Source: Eukaryota sp. GEM-RC1 (Eukaryota). From it: a stretch of DNA of 64,000 nucleotides. The translations under genes and the position numbers were made by a program. Below the pieces are notes generated by a model that was not told where the DNA came from, ran no database searches, and saw only the letters and a list, made by a program, of their open reading frames with translations. Location: NCBI GenBank assembly GCA_040285855.1, contig JAUFOQ010000002.1, positions 1,612,001 through 1,676,000 on the forward strand, in the 5' to 3' direction. This document shows positions 50,443-62,439 of the stretch, one piece after another (positions within the stretch are counted from its first letter, which is position 1; each line of letters begins with the position of its first letter).

Positions 50443-51417
50443 CTACTTACCCTTCTTTGCTTGCTCAATTGCTGGTAACAACTCATTCCTCTTGGCCAAA
50501 GTCTCCAACAACTTAGCCAAAAAAGGTGTGTAATCATGTCTTCTCCTAATATTATCTATCTTCCACTTATCAAACAATCGATCCTCACTCTGAACAAAGT
50601 CAATCAGACGAGCTCTTTTTGATCTCAACGACAGCAACTGATCCTTATTCAAATCAGGATCCCTTTCTAACTCTTCAATCTGTTTCTCCAGGTCACTAAT
50701 TATACTCTGACATTCTTCTCTTGGATCAGCTACTACTGCCAACACACTAAAACGAATCTCCCGTTGACTAAACTTAGAGATACGTTCTTGAATGTAGGGT
50801 ACCGCTATTGACGCCCAGTTATTCTCGGGAACGTCATCAAGGACGACAGGTCCGTGTTTTGACAGACCATCTAGCTCATAAACTTTGTTTCTATGGGGGA
50901 GGTAAGCAATGAAATGAAACACATCATCTTCTTTACCGGCAGCTGAAGTGTCAGTTACCATTGGAGAAGGACGTTCGAATGAGCGGTGAGCTTCAAGTAG
51001 GAACGGGCTATTGCTGATTGCAACACCTTTGGCGTCAGCATCATAGAGGAAAGTTGTGTGTTTGAATTCAAGAAGTTGGTCAGAGAAGATAACGTGATGA
51101 GAACCAGGTTTGTCAGCTCCAATACGGTCTTCTGGGATGTTCATGATGATATTAATGAGAGCTTGAGTTGCACATGTATTAGAGACCATTTGACGAGCAA
51201 AGTAGAGGCCTTCGTCAATGGGACGGATAGTTGGGCGATAGTCTTGTTCCCCAGGAGCCCATTTGTAGAGAAAGATGAGTCCAAAGCAGTGTGGAAGAGC
51301 AGTAATGGTAGCTTCATCAAGAGAATAGAGTTCCTCAACTTTGAGTCCAGAGACTCCCATCCGTTGCAGTAACTCGGTAAAGACACCAGGATCTGATTCT
51401 ATTGTAGGCCAAGACAT
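50443..51417 (-). CDS. UCHL5: Ubiquitin C-terminal hydrolase UCH37/UCHL5 (peptidase C12)
   Basis: WPTIESDPGVFTEL, QMVSNTCATQA, FHFIAY, YELDGL and the C-terminal NIRRRHDYTPF tail. Confidence 0.93.
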   Translation of the reverse strand: MSWPTIESDPGVFTELLQRMGVSGLKVEELYSLDEATITALPHCFGLIFLYKWAPGEQDYRPTIRPIDEGLYFARQMVSNTCATQALINIIMNIPEDRIGADKPGSHHVIFSDQLLEFKHTTFLYDADAKGVAISNSPFLLEAHRSFERPSPMVTDTSAAGKEDDVFHFIAYLPHRNKVYELDGLSKHGPVVLDDVPENNWASIAVPYIQERISKFSQREIRFSVLAVVADPREECQSIISDLEKQIEELERDPDLNKDQLLSLRSKRARLIDFVQSEDRLFDKWKIDNIRRRHDYTPFLAKLLETLAKRNELLPAIEQAKKGK

Positions 51418-51479
51418 CAGCTAATACTAATGTCAAATAATAGTGATCTGTTTAGATCACTAGAGGGAGAGAAAATTAT

Positions 51480-51944
51480 TAGGGTTGTTAAAAGTTCAGG
51501 TCAAAGACCTGAAAATCACAGGTCAGATCAGGTCAAAGGTCAGGTCAAGCTAACGAACATCAGGTCAAAGGTCAGGTCAAGGTCTTACCATTCAGGTCAA
51601 AGGTCAGGTCAAGGTCAAACATTTGGCAGTTTATGTGTGAGTTTCTTGTTTTAAATGATCAAAATTAGATTAACTTACGCCAGTTACTCTTAGTATACAC
51701 TAATATTCAAGAAATTATTACATTTGACTTTGTTTATACGGATTTTCGATAGTTAAAGAATAAAGTAAATTGTAGATTTCAGGTCAAAGGTCAGGTCAAG
51801 GTCAACTGATTCAGGTCAAAGGTCAGGTCAAGATCACATAAATCGGGTCAAAGGTCAGGTCAAGGTCCACAGTAACAGGTCACGGGTCAGGTTAAGGTCA
51901 TCAAATGAATTGACCTGACCTGTAGGTGACCTTTAACAACCCTA
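51480..51944. mobile_element. hAT-type MITE
   Basis: TIR TAGGGTTGTTAAA / TTTAACAACCCTA; perfect 8-bp TSD AAAATTAT; many CAGGTCAAAGGTCAGGTCAAG subterminal repeats. Confidence 0.9.
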
Positions 51945-51950
51945 AAAATT

Positions 51951-54830
51951 ATGCAGAAGCTCCTCTTCAAGGTCTCTTCAAAGGTTCTGGTCAACCATTT
52001 CCTCTACATGATCATCTGCAATAAGAATCATGTTTATGTTTAACACAGCGTTAACGTTGCGGTTCCAAAAAAATCCACACTTTCTGCAAGTAATCCATGT
52101 CTTTAAACCGTTGGTGTTTTTGTTCTTCCCTCTTCCATCATCATTATTGACATGAATTCAAGAAGCATTCTATGGCAAACAGTTCTTCCCTGACAGGCAG
52201 AATTTCTGTTAGTACTTTGCAGAATTCATTTGTTTTGTGAACACTTTTTTTAGTAAATTGAATTTTTTCTCTGTCCATTGCCTGAAGAGTAAAAGGGCTC
52301 ATGGATCGTGACAACCACTGATACAGCTCATGATTGTCTAGGGTTGCCTATACTGATTAACAGTAAACCCTTTCAGAAATTGACAACCATGTGACATCAA
52401 TTGACGAATAATTTCTGAAACTTCGCCAAAAAGTAATAATTTACACAAACCCGATTTTTGTTTTTAAAAAAAAGGCAAAGTACAATTTGATCTTTGAAAA
52501 ACTGACAAAAGTTTTACAGTCAGATTTACATCTTTCATGCGGTAGGTGACTAATTCAGCTCTTCCTTCAGTGGTTTATATTACAGTGAAATAGAATTTGT
52601 TCAGTTTAGATTTTTCTTCAGTTAGAATACTTAAGCAAACACTGTTTAGACTGTTATCAAATTTCCAAGTTGAATTACTCTTGGCAAAAGAACAGCAGTC
52701 TAAGGAAGTGGAATTACCAAATTTATGAGAGATGGTAGAGGTCCAAGAATTGAAAGAAAAGGGTATGAGATCAGCAATGTAAAAATATCTTATTGTTATC
52801 TTTCTGTTTTTCTGACATTCAATTTATTGGTTATCTTGAATCAAAACAATGAATATATCTTCAATAACGACAGTAAACAAATCACTAAGAACCAGAATTT
52901 GATCACATTCATCAATTGTAGCCTGATTAGATTGAGGTGTAAGATACTATATTACATTTTTCAAATAGAAGTTTGATCCCATAGATCAACATTGTATAAT
53001 TGTATAAGAAGAACAGTTGTTTTTCCTAACGCTTTTGAGTTCAAATTTGGTTTAGTGTTTCCTGAAGTCCTTCTAAGCTAGACTGAAAAGCGTCCCATCT
53101 TCATTTCTAGTTGCAGGTATCCAACTTGATTCTATATAGTATCGATCTTGATTAACTTATTGCTGATTACGTTTGTTCAATCTTTAATTTAAGCCAATTG
53201 ATTCTCTGTTACCTTAAGTTCAAATGCTTTAACACAATCCTACTTTATTCTGAATTGACATCAAGAAAAAATCAGGTTAGAGCAAGAAAAAGAATGTTCT
53301 TGAATTATCTTATCTTATTGAAATATATCGTATATTGTTGAGTTTTCAAGATAAATATATTGTTGAGGGAGACGTCACAATAAGTATTCACAAAATAGTG
53401 TTAAAAGTGTGGAAATTTGAGAATTTGGTTTAAATATCTTGGCTGGAACGTCAACTTAAGGTGTTGCTTCTACTGTTACATCTGGCTTAACACTACAAGA
53501 TTGCAAATTGGGCACAGTGTTCCCACCTCCATATTCACTTGGAAAATATGTAGGTTTTCGGTATTTCAGATCTGGAGAATTCTTCATCACACTCTGAAGA
53601 AGAAACATAATAAGTTTTAGAAAACACTATACTGCAAATTGTAACCCAGAGGAGAGACTCCCTTCAAGAGTCTGGGTTAACTTAATTAATATCAAGCACT
53701 TCAAGATTTTTTTAATGAGCCCTATTTTGCCGGGTCTTTTAAACTCAATTAATATCAAAGAACTTAGGCTCCAAAAGTGTAATTTCACTAAAGAATCCTT
53801 CACTGCATTGTGTGATTTAATGAAATTGATGATCGTTGTTGTAACTTAATCAATGCAATTCAGTCCAACTCTCGTTTAACTAAAGTTACTTTCCCTTATA
53901 CGTATGATCTTAAAATTCTACTCACTAACTTTGAATTGGTTTCAACTAAACAATTAATCTCAAGTATTGATTTTACACCTCATTCTTTTGATGTTGCTCT
54001 TGGTTCTATTTTTTACGATAACGACGTTAGTAGTGATGACTTAATGTCGCTTTTAGAAGCATTACATTCCAAAGTTTTTATAACACGTGTTGATTGTAAA
54101 GGCTGTCGATTTTTAAATTTAACTGGTCTTATTGCTTTATTTGAAATTCTTTCCTTGAACAAATCCGTTATTGATCTGGATGCGTCTCCTCATTTAATTG
54201 ATGTTGATAATGGTTTGTTTTACTTTTCACAAAAGAATTCTACCGAACTAACTACCGAGGAAATTTCAAAATTACAGAGTTTATTGAAGAATTTTAATAT
54301 CAAAGAGCTTAGTTTAAGAGGGTGCCGTTTTACTGATCAGACAATTACTGATATTTGTGATTCAATTAGACTTCTTAATTCGTCGACTTCTGTTGAATTC
54401 CGAGATTGTGCATTGTCTGATCATGCATTCATGAATATCATAAGTGCTGTTGAGGTCGACTCTTATCTGAAAGTTATTGATTCACATAGTACAAACATTG
54501 AACCCAGAAGTATCTTTTGCTGTAACCGAATTTTCAAATGCCATGCGCCGATGGCCTATGGGTCATGGCTTTCGGACGCATGGCGAGAAAATAAATAATA
54601 ATGTGGCCTTTGTAATCACAATGTCGTTTCATTACTTAAGGTTCTGCGGAATAGTTCTTGTTCAAAGCTTACTACCATCAATCTGTCAGGAAATTCTATC
54701 AATAATGAAGGTGCGTTGGAATTGATGGAATTTTTAAAATTTGAATGTTCAATTGCAAAGGTTAATCTTCAAAGTAATCATTTTGATTCTGGAAACAAAG
54801 GAATTTATTAGAAAATTCTCAATGAATACA
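51951..54830 (+). pseudogene. Degenerate RNI-like leucine-rich-repeat gene
   Basis: ORF 53936-54598 has NIKELSLRGCRF and LDASPHLID repeats; similar LRR fragments up- and downstream are broken by many stops; boundaries approximate. Confidence 0.55.
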
Positions 54831-55044
54831 TGTACTGTATTTATTTAATACAATATGTTCTTAGATTGGTTTTTAACTTATAAGTGAGAATTTTTCAAGA
54901 AAGTTTTTGAAAAAGATCAAAGATCGATCAGAACATGACCATAATTTAACTTCAAATTTAAATTTAAAAGAAGAGAACTGATAATTAATACAATTGATTC
55001 AAAGATCAAAAAGAATCAGAATAAAACAAAACTAAATACTGTAC

Positions 55045-56335
55045 TTATTTAAACCAAGGAATGGCTTTCCTGTCCTTAGGGAAGTACCAATCGTAAGACA
55101 GGAAAACTTCCTCGTCCTTCAGAGGTCTAAGAGCATACAGACCAACCAGCTTCTCCCCATTGACATCATTAAAGTCCTTTAAGTAAGCATTATGCTCGGG
55201 GTGGTAGTTGGCGAACTTGCCCAAGCATATAGCATTAGTTCCGTCAAGGTACATCCCGTCTTTTCTTTGGACAATGTAGCTAGTAAAGGATCGTTTAGCT
55301 AATTTCTTTGAGATCTGAACACCTCGCCAGTAGGCAATGAGATCATGTGGAATGAGAGTCTTAGAAACGAAAAGACCGTTTCCTGCATTAGTTAAAGTTG
55401 AAGGAGCCTTGTAGATTGAGAAAGGGCGTCCAGTAAGTAAGGACTTGCATGACACTAAAATGAATTACAAAGTTGAAACAAACTCAAACCATCTTCGTTC
55501 ATTGTTCTTCCGATCCACATTAGAGAGAGATCGCTCACTTCCAAAGTCTTGTTTTTCATAATCTTCTTCTTCTCATCGTGTGCTTTCTAGGATTAGAGTA
55601 GTCGATCCTCAACATACCAGCATGACGCATTCTTCACACACAAATGCAGTTCCTGTGTCCCATCTGTTTTCCACACATTCTACATGGAATGCCCATTTGC
55701 AGAATCCTTCGCAGAAGACAATGTCCTTGACCTTTGCACTGGCCTCTTCCTCACAGATAGGACAACTAACTCCATACTCAACTCCTTCTGAGTCTGAGCT
55801 GGAATCTTCGAGGTAGTATTCTCTTGCAGATGGTGTACTCTCACCTCACCAGTAGGGAGGTGGATGCAGGTTCGTTCCTCAGGGGATAGGTCAGCGTGTA
55901 CTTTGATGGGTTGGGATGCATAGAAATTTAGGTGCTTCCACATGTTGTTAATTGCTGTTATTAGTAAGCAGAACACCACATACTGGTAGTTAAGTATTCG
56001 CACCCCGGAACTCCGCATTGATACTGGTGATCAGGTTTGGAGTTCAGAGCCTTACAGCTTTTGCGGTGGGCAGTGAGATCTCCTTTTAGGGTAAAGCGTT
56101 GATGACAACCTTCACACTCGTGGGGTTTTTCACCCGTGTGGATAAGCATGTGGTCCCTCAGGTTGCTAGCTGAATTCAATGTCTAGGATTAGTTTGTGGT
56201 TAAACATACCTTCAAACATTCACTGCACTGAAACTTAGTTGAATGCTTGGCGTTCACGTGGCCCCTTAATCCATCCTTGGTTCTCAAAACTGCATCACAG
56301 TCCTTGTAAGTACAAGCATACCCTCTTGTGGACAT
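55045..56335 (-). CDS. C2H2 zinc-finger - PHD - SET domain protein (short introns, frameshifts)
   Basis: C2H2 fingers with an HTGEKPHEC linker; C4HC3 PHD CPICEE..FCEGFCKWAFHVEC..VCEEC; SET motifs GNGLF, FANYH and EEVFLSY. Confidence 0.8.
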
Positions 56336-57205
56336 GTGAGAAGAATTAATGCCGGTAGAAAAGTGAATTTCGTCTGTTACACTTCATTTCCATGTGTGTA
56401 GTCAGAATTCTCATTTCCCCTTTTCTTACATCTTTATTTCTTCAATGTTTCTTCTTTGTGTCTACTTTTGCTGCTTCATTTGTCCAATCTGTACTGTCAT
56501 TCTCTTCGAACAAAAGGGAATGACAGTACTTCAATGGTTTGTGTTTTCATATTTATATTGGTGTCATTTTGCAAGTAAAAATGTGTATATGTCTCTTATT
56601 TACTTACTATTGGCTAGAGTCTTGGTGTTGCTCTTAGTTGAATAGGGTTTGAACCCAGAAGTATCTTTGAAGATTTACTTCGACTCTCTGTCTGAAAGAG
56701 ATTTTGCATACTGATTAATAATTATTCAATTTTCAACGGTGAATTAAGCTTTATTAGCTGTGAATTCCTTTTATGAGAACATATCGATAGTTGTTGTAAA
56801 CACTGGAATGTGTGTTTTAAATTAAAACTTTCAATGATATCTTTATTTAGTTAAATAGTTTATGGACGAAGAGAGAGAAAACTTTATTCGGCACCCAATA
56901 AGGTAAGCTTCCTACAAAACTATGAAATTGTAAAAACAAACAAATAATCCTAGATTAAATCGAATTTTTGACTAATTGATCATAAACCTGGTTTTTCTAC
57001 ATTATACCAGTACTAAAGTTGCAGCAGATAATATTGTCAATAAATATATTGATTTATTGTGATGCTCGACAATATCAATATATTTATTGCAAGCCCACAC
57101 AATATTTTGTTTATTTAAATATATTTTTTAACATCCCTGATTCAATGACCAAGTTTCTCTCCAATTTAACCTTTGCAACATCTTTGGAACGATGACTTAG
57201 CATTA

Positions 57206-59141
57206 ATGTTGCTCATTCTCTTTGTCCTTTTGTTCTCGCCACTATTCTCAGTATTGTTACTGTTTTAGATACATCTCTGTTCAGTGTCTCTCCAGATCTA
57301 CCTACTGACATCTACACTCCTCTTTACAGCCCTCTGGTTGATCACGTTTCCATCATCTTAATAGATGCTCTTCGCTATGATATGATCCATCGTCTTTCCA
57401 AAACCTTTTCTCTTCTTCCTACAAATGGTGTTTCTTATCCTTTCATCTCCAACTTTCCCACGATAACTTCACCTCGAGTCGCCACCCTCATGACCGGGTT
57501 TCCGGGATCTTCTCCAAATCCATCTCCTCCATCAGAATCCACCTTCTCTTCACTCAAGGGAGCTGGGTTAAACACGTGTGTTGCAGGGGATGACACGTGG
57601 CAGACTTTGTTTGGTCCAGATATTGGCAAGTCTTCGTTTGCATATTCTTTTAATGTTTTTGATTTTGACTCCGTTGATGACGTTGTTTTTGATTTCTTTG
57701 AGAATAATAGTTCTAATTGCCATCTCAGAGTTGGTCATTTACTTTCAGTTGATCACGTTGGTCATGTTTTTGGACCATTTTCTGACAAAATGACTGAACG
57801 ACTGACAGTGATTGACGACTTTGTTTACAACACTTTTCAAAATCTTCCAAATAATTCGTATTTATTCGTGATTTCTGATCACGGAATGACTGATGAAGGA
57901 AACCATGGAGGTACGACTAAATCAGAAATAGAAGGGTCTATGATTGCAATCAAATCACGTGATATTTCTGATCATTTTCCTAATTCGGAAGGGGAAGTTC
58001 CTCATGTTAACTTTGCCTCTACATTGGCTTATCTCTTTGGAGTTCTTCCCCCAAGGAGTAATTTAGGTCTGGTTGAGACTAAATTACTCTTGAAAGGATT
58101 TCATTCTCAAAATGAGACTGATCTCAGTAATTCAAATAATAACTGCTGTTTTGAATATGGTCTTATTTCTCGTTTTGTTGAAAGTATGTCTTTGTCTTAT
58201 TTATTTGATTTTAATAATTCTAGTTGCTCAGAGCAACAATGTCTGGATTTAAAGAGGTTTATCTTTGATCTTCAATCAAAGTTCTTGTCAGGATTCAAAC
58301 ATTCATTCTGTTTGTTTGCTATTTTAATATTTTCATTGGTTTTCATTCTTTCAGTTTATTGTAGTAAGATTAGTTTATCTTTTGGAATTATTCTTTTTAC
58401 TTTCTCTGTTTTTAGTGCAAATTTACTGGAAATTTCTGATGTTGTTGTTTTATTCTTCTTGGTCTTTTACTTAGTTCAAAGTTCTTCCAGTGTACGCTAC
58501 TTTATACTATTCTCTTTACCCTTATTTATACCGATTTTAAATACTGAATATTTAAATTCTTTTCCATCAACTTCAACGATCGTTATCATTGTTTTAGCTT
58601 TGTTGTTTTCATTTTTCAGAACAACAACTTTTCTTTTGTTTTCTCTATATTGTTTTGTGGTTTATATGGTTGTATTTCTTCCTTACCGTCCTTTATCCGC
58701 TTGATGTGTATAATGATCTCGTTGTCTAACAAACAGCTCAAGATTTCCCCATCAATTTTGTTTTTTACTTCTTTGTTTGCCTACTTTACAACCTCTCATT
58801 CGCTTTCCTTTTCCGGAATTAATGTTTTGGGTGCTTTTAAATTTACTAAGAGTTTTTCAATTTTTGGCATCTTTGTTGTTGTTTTGGAACATGTTTTACC
58901 TTCATTCATTGTTTCGTTTTCAATTGGTGGTACGTTTCCAATCATTCATTTTATTTTTCAAAGTTGCTGTCTTTTAAATATCTGTCTTTTAGTTTTAGTT
59001 TTAGTGGAACACTCTAATGCTGTTTATTTTTCAATTTTTCTCCCATCACTTGTCATTTACCATGTACTCGGATTTATGACCTTGATTGGTTGTCTAATTC
59101 GACGTTCTCTTTCACTAGTAAAAAAGTCCCTGTTTCAGTAA
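57206..59141 (+). CDS. GPI ethanolamine-phosphate transferase (PIG-O/PIG-G family), frameshifted
   Basis: IDALRYD, PTITSPRV, GDDTW, HLLSVDHVGH and SDHGMTDEGNHGG motifs followed by multiple TM helices. Confidence 0.88.
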
Positions 59142-59695
59142 AAGTCATCTTCACCTTCACTAAAGAGAAGAAAAAGCGGCAGCAAATGAAATGATGGACA
59201 AACCCACAAGAATATGGGCTTTAGAGAACTCTGACGAGTCCTTCAGTTTGGAAAGATGTACTGCAACGTCCATGTTTCGAAGAGCAAGTTCTTTCTTTAG
59301 GGTAATCCTTGATTGTTCGAAACAAGTGCAAAAACAATTGATAATATTGGAGTTGATAATATTATTCTAGTCTACTCCTAGGTTAAAGGAACTAAATCAA
59401 TTCATAGTTTTTGCTTTCTAGGTGATGTGAGTTGGCACTTGAAAAACAAAATAAACTCAAAAACAGTCTACGGTAGATATCAGTAAGTAAATTACATCTA
59501 CTGATTATGTGACAACTGAGTATCGGATTGAATCAATGTACTACAAATGTTTTGTCATGTTAATGTTAAATGAATCTTCGACATTATCACTATTTAGATT
59601 ACAAAAGATTGTATTAGAACAACCCAAATAATAATTAGATAATTAAATAAACTAATTAAAAAAGAACACAAAAGACAAACACAATGAAGATACAA

Positions 59696-62418
59696 CTAAT
59701 CCATATCATCTTCACCTTGTTCTCCTCCAGCTTCATCATCCAGCGGTGTCGTGAAATAGTCCCAATCAGATTCAACATCGGCCCAGGCAAAACGATCTTG
59801 CAAGGATTTGGTGTAGAACTTTTTCAAGGAAATATCGTGTTTTTTGGAGAAAGCAATCACGATTCGAGGATCAATGTAGTTGGTTTTCGATGTAGTCAAT
59901 GAGACATTTTTCAAACTTTGCTTGGATTTTAGTTGGGTTTCAAGTCTAGCAAGTGACACCTGTGAATTGGCAATAGATTTTTGAATTGCGGATTCAGCTC
60001 TATGCTTCTTTTTCTTGGGTTTCTTTGGTTTCTCTTCTTCCATAGATTCCTCTTCAGCTTCAACTTTAGATTTTCTAGTTCTTTTGGTTTCTCTTCTTCC
60101 ATAGATTGGTCTTCAGCTTCAACTTTAGATTTTCTAGTTCTTTTTGGCTTTTCTTCTTCCATAGATTCGTCTTCAGCTTCAACTTTAGATTTTCTAGTTC
60201 TTTTTGGCTTTTCTTCTTCAACAGAATCCTCTTCTTTAACCTTTTCCTTAGGTTTTCTTACCTTAGGCTTCGTCCTAATCAGTTCAGGCATCTCAGGGGG
60301 ATCCTCTTCATTCTCCAAAGCTCTCAATTCGTCCTTATGATACTGCAGCCTCACCCTCCCCTTCTGAATCTTCTCTTCAATTCGAGAAACTTGGCTATCA
60401 AAAGACTTGGCAACTGCACGCTGATGATTACAGAGAACAGCCACCTTCTTATTACATTCATTAAAGAAGGCCACAAACAAAGCTTCCCTCTCTTTACCAG
60501 TAGTAGTGATAGAGTGGTGAGGCAGTAGAGAAGCTAGAGTGGAGGAGGCGTTGAAGGTACGGATAGACTTTCCAGAGATGTTATCAATCTTGGAAAACTC
60601 TTTTAGTGCATTGTTTACAAAGGTAGGGTTGATATCATAGAACAAATCACCATTGTCAGAATGTTCTTGGAAGTACAACAATCGATGCCATACTATTTGA
60701 TGTACACGTCTTCGTTGGAAGAATCTAACGGAATCTTTACCCAAGAAATCAAACACGACATAATAAGGAAAGACCCCATCTCGACCCTCATCATCACTCA
60801 AATCACCATCAACTTCCCTTTCATACCCAGAATACCCCATCAACGCATCTCCCCCCACTGAACCTCCTTCTTCTCCATCATCATTATCCTCTTCAAACTC
60901 ATATCTCTCCACCCCAGAACCATAGGGAGGAAGCAGAGGAACAGAGACTCCAGCCAGAGTACCCATAGAAGTGACAATCTCAGGATCTTTCATAGCATCT
61001 TCGTTATCAGACTGGATAAGGGGGGAATAAGCCTCTTTCTTGTTTATCTTTTGCTTACCAGGACCGCGTTCCCTCCACCAACGTTTACGTCTCGTCATCA
61101 TGACGTGATCAACTCTCAATGAGCAACACCCCACGGTGTCAGCCTCTTCATTACCCTTGGCATGACCAACTCTGAAAGCAAAGTGATCAATGAGATAGAG
61201 CACGACTCCAATCTGTTGTTCTCTGTGGACTGTTGATTGAATGTAGCTCCAATACTTCTGTCTAAACACATCAACAGTCTTTGCCAGCTTTCTAGCCACT
61301 TCAAACTTTGACAAATCTGACTGTCCCTTCCAAACTGAAGTGGCGGCGAGTCTAACATATTTAGTAAGACCAAACGTTGGCTCTGTCCAGTAGGCTAAGT
61401 ATTCCTTGTTATGAACATGCACGACATTCCCGTAACTTCTACCTTCATAAGGATGTCCAGGTTTAGGTACTTCTTCATCTTCACCTAGATTAATAGTAAC
61501 TTGTTCAGGCTCGATTCTAGCTTTAAACACTCCCATTTTAGGATGAGCACCTCTTCCTCTAAAGAGAACAGGAGGTTCTACACGGAAGTTAGCAATAGGT
61601 TCTATACGACCATCGACTTTAGCATATCCATACTTATCTTTCTCTTCCTCCTTTACCTTTTTCTCCTCTTCTTTTTCTTCTTTAGTTCGATTCTTTCGTA
61701 CCTCCCGATGAGCATCAATGTGTTGTTTAATAAGAGAGAAATCACAGTCTTTGAGAGACTTAATACCAAGACCTTTAATTAAAGGTTTCCAACAATCGAA
61801 AAAGTTGTTATTAAAGACTTCCTTCGTCTCCCAAGGAGTGCCCATAACTGTAGCATACTGAGTAGCCCACTCCTCAGCTGCAGGGGGGTAACACCAAGGA
61901 CTTCTTAGTAGGACCCACTAGGATGGGGATTCCGTGAGGTTCGTATAAAGGAGGGAAGACGACACCGTTGTGAGAGAGAGTTGTCCATTTGATCTCATCA
62001 TCTTTGGAAATCTTCGGTTGGGGTTCATTGTCAGAAGGAGCAGTACGTTTACGGGTTTTAGGTTTATCATCTTTTGACTTCTTTAGACGGGTGGATTTAG
62101 GTTTAGTTTTAGAAGTAGTTGAGGTTTTCTTCTTTTGGGTTTTGCAGAGGAGAGTTTGGTTTTACTAGACTGTGGTTCAGAGTCAGAATCAAAGTCAAGG
62201 TCAGATTGAAGTTCAGTAGCAGGGACTTTAGTAGTTTTAACACGAGTAGAACGTCGACGAGTGACAGTTTCAGATAATTGAGATAAAGGTAAGTCGTCGT
62301 CACTAGAGCCATCAACTAAAGACTTTTTGATAGGTTTTTTAGTCCTTGGAGAGGACCTTTGTGCTCTGGCTGCCAGTTGAGTAAGTGTTAGGCCATCATC
62401 AGGACTGGAAGAAGACAT
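59696..62418 (-). CDS. TOP1: DNA topoisomerase IB (frameshifted in assembly)
   Basis: KWTTLSHNGVVFPP, EPPVLFRGRGAHPK, FRVGH, ADTVGCCSLR, FDFLGKDS, LCNHQR and catalytic SKTNYIDPR. Confidence 0.95.
60025..60225 (-). repeat. 60-bp coding tandem repeat in the TOP1 linker (EEEKPKRTRKSKVEAEDESM, ~3 copies)
   Basis: Repeated CTTCAGCTTCAACTTTAGATTTTCTAGTTC with a period of about 60. Confidence 0.85.
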
Positions 62419-62439
62419 TTTCAACAAATTTTCCTTTGA

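Noticed and set aside
51495..51925. AGGTCA direct repeats resembling nuclear-receptor response elements
   Set aside because: They lie inside a TIR/TSD-bounded MITE and are its subterminal repeats.
60762..61102. Intein in TOP1
   Set aside because: No N-terminal Cys/Ser block or C-terminal His-Asn; low-complexity composition.
8516..62418. Widespread pseudogenisation or an alternative genetic code
   Set aside because: Breaks in essential genes are single-base indels in homopolymers, and TAA, TAG and TGA all terminate conserved genes, so assembly error is the simplest explanation.
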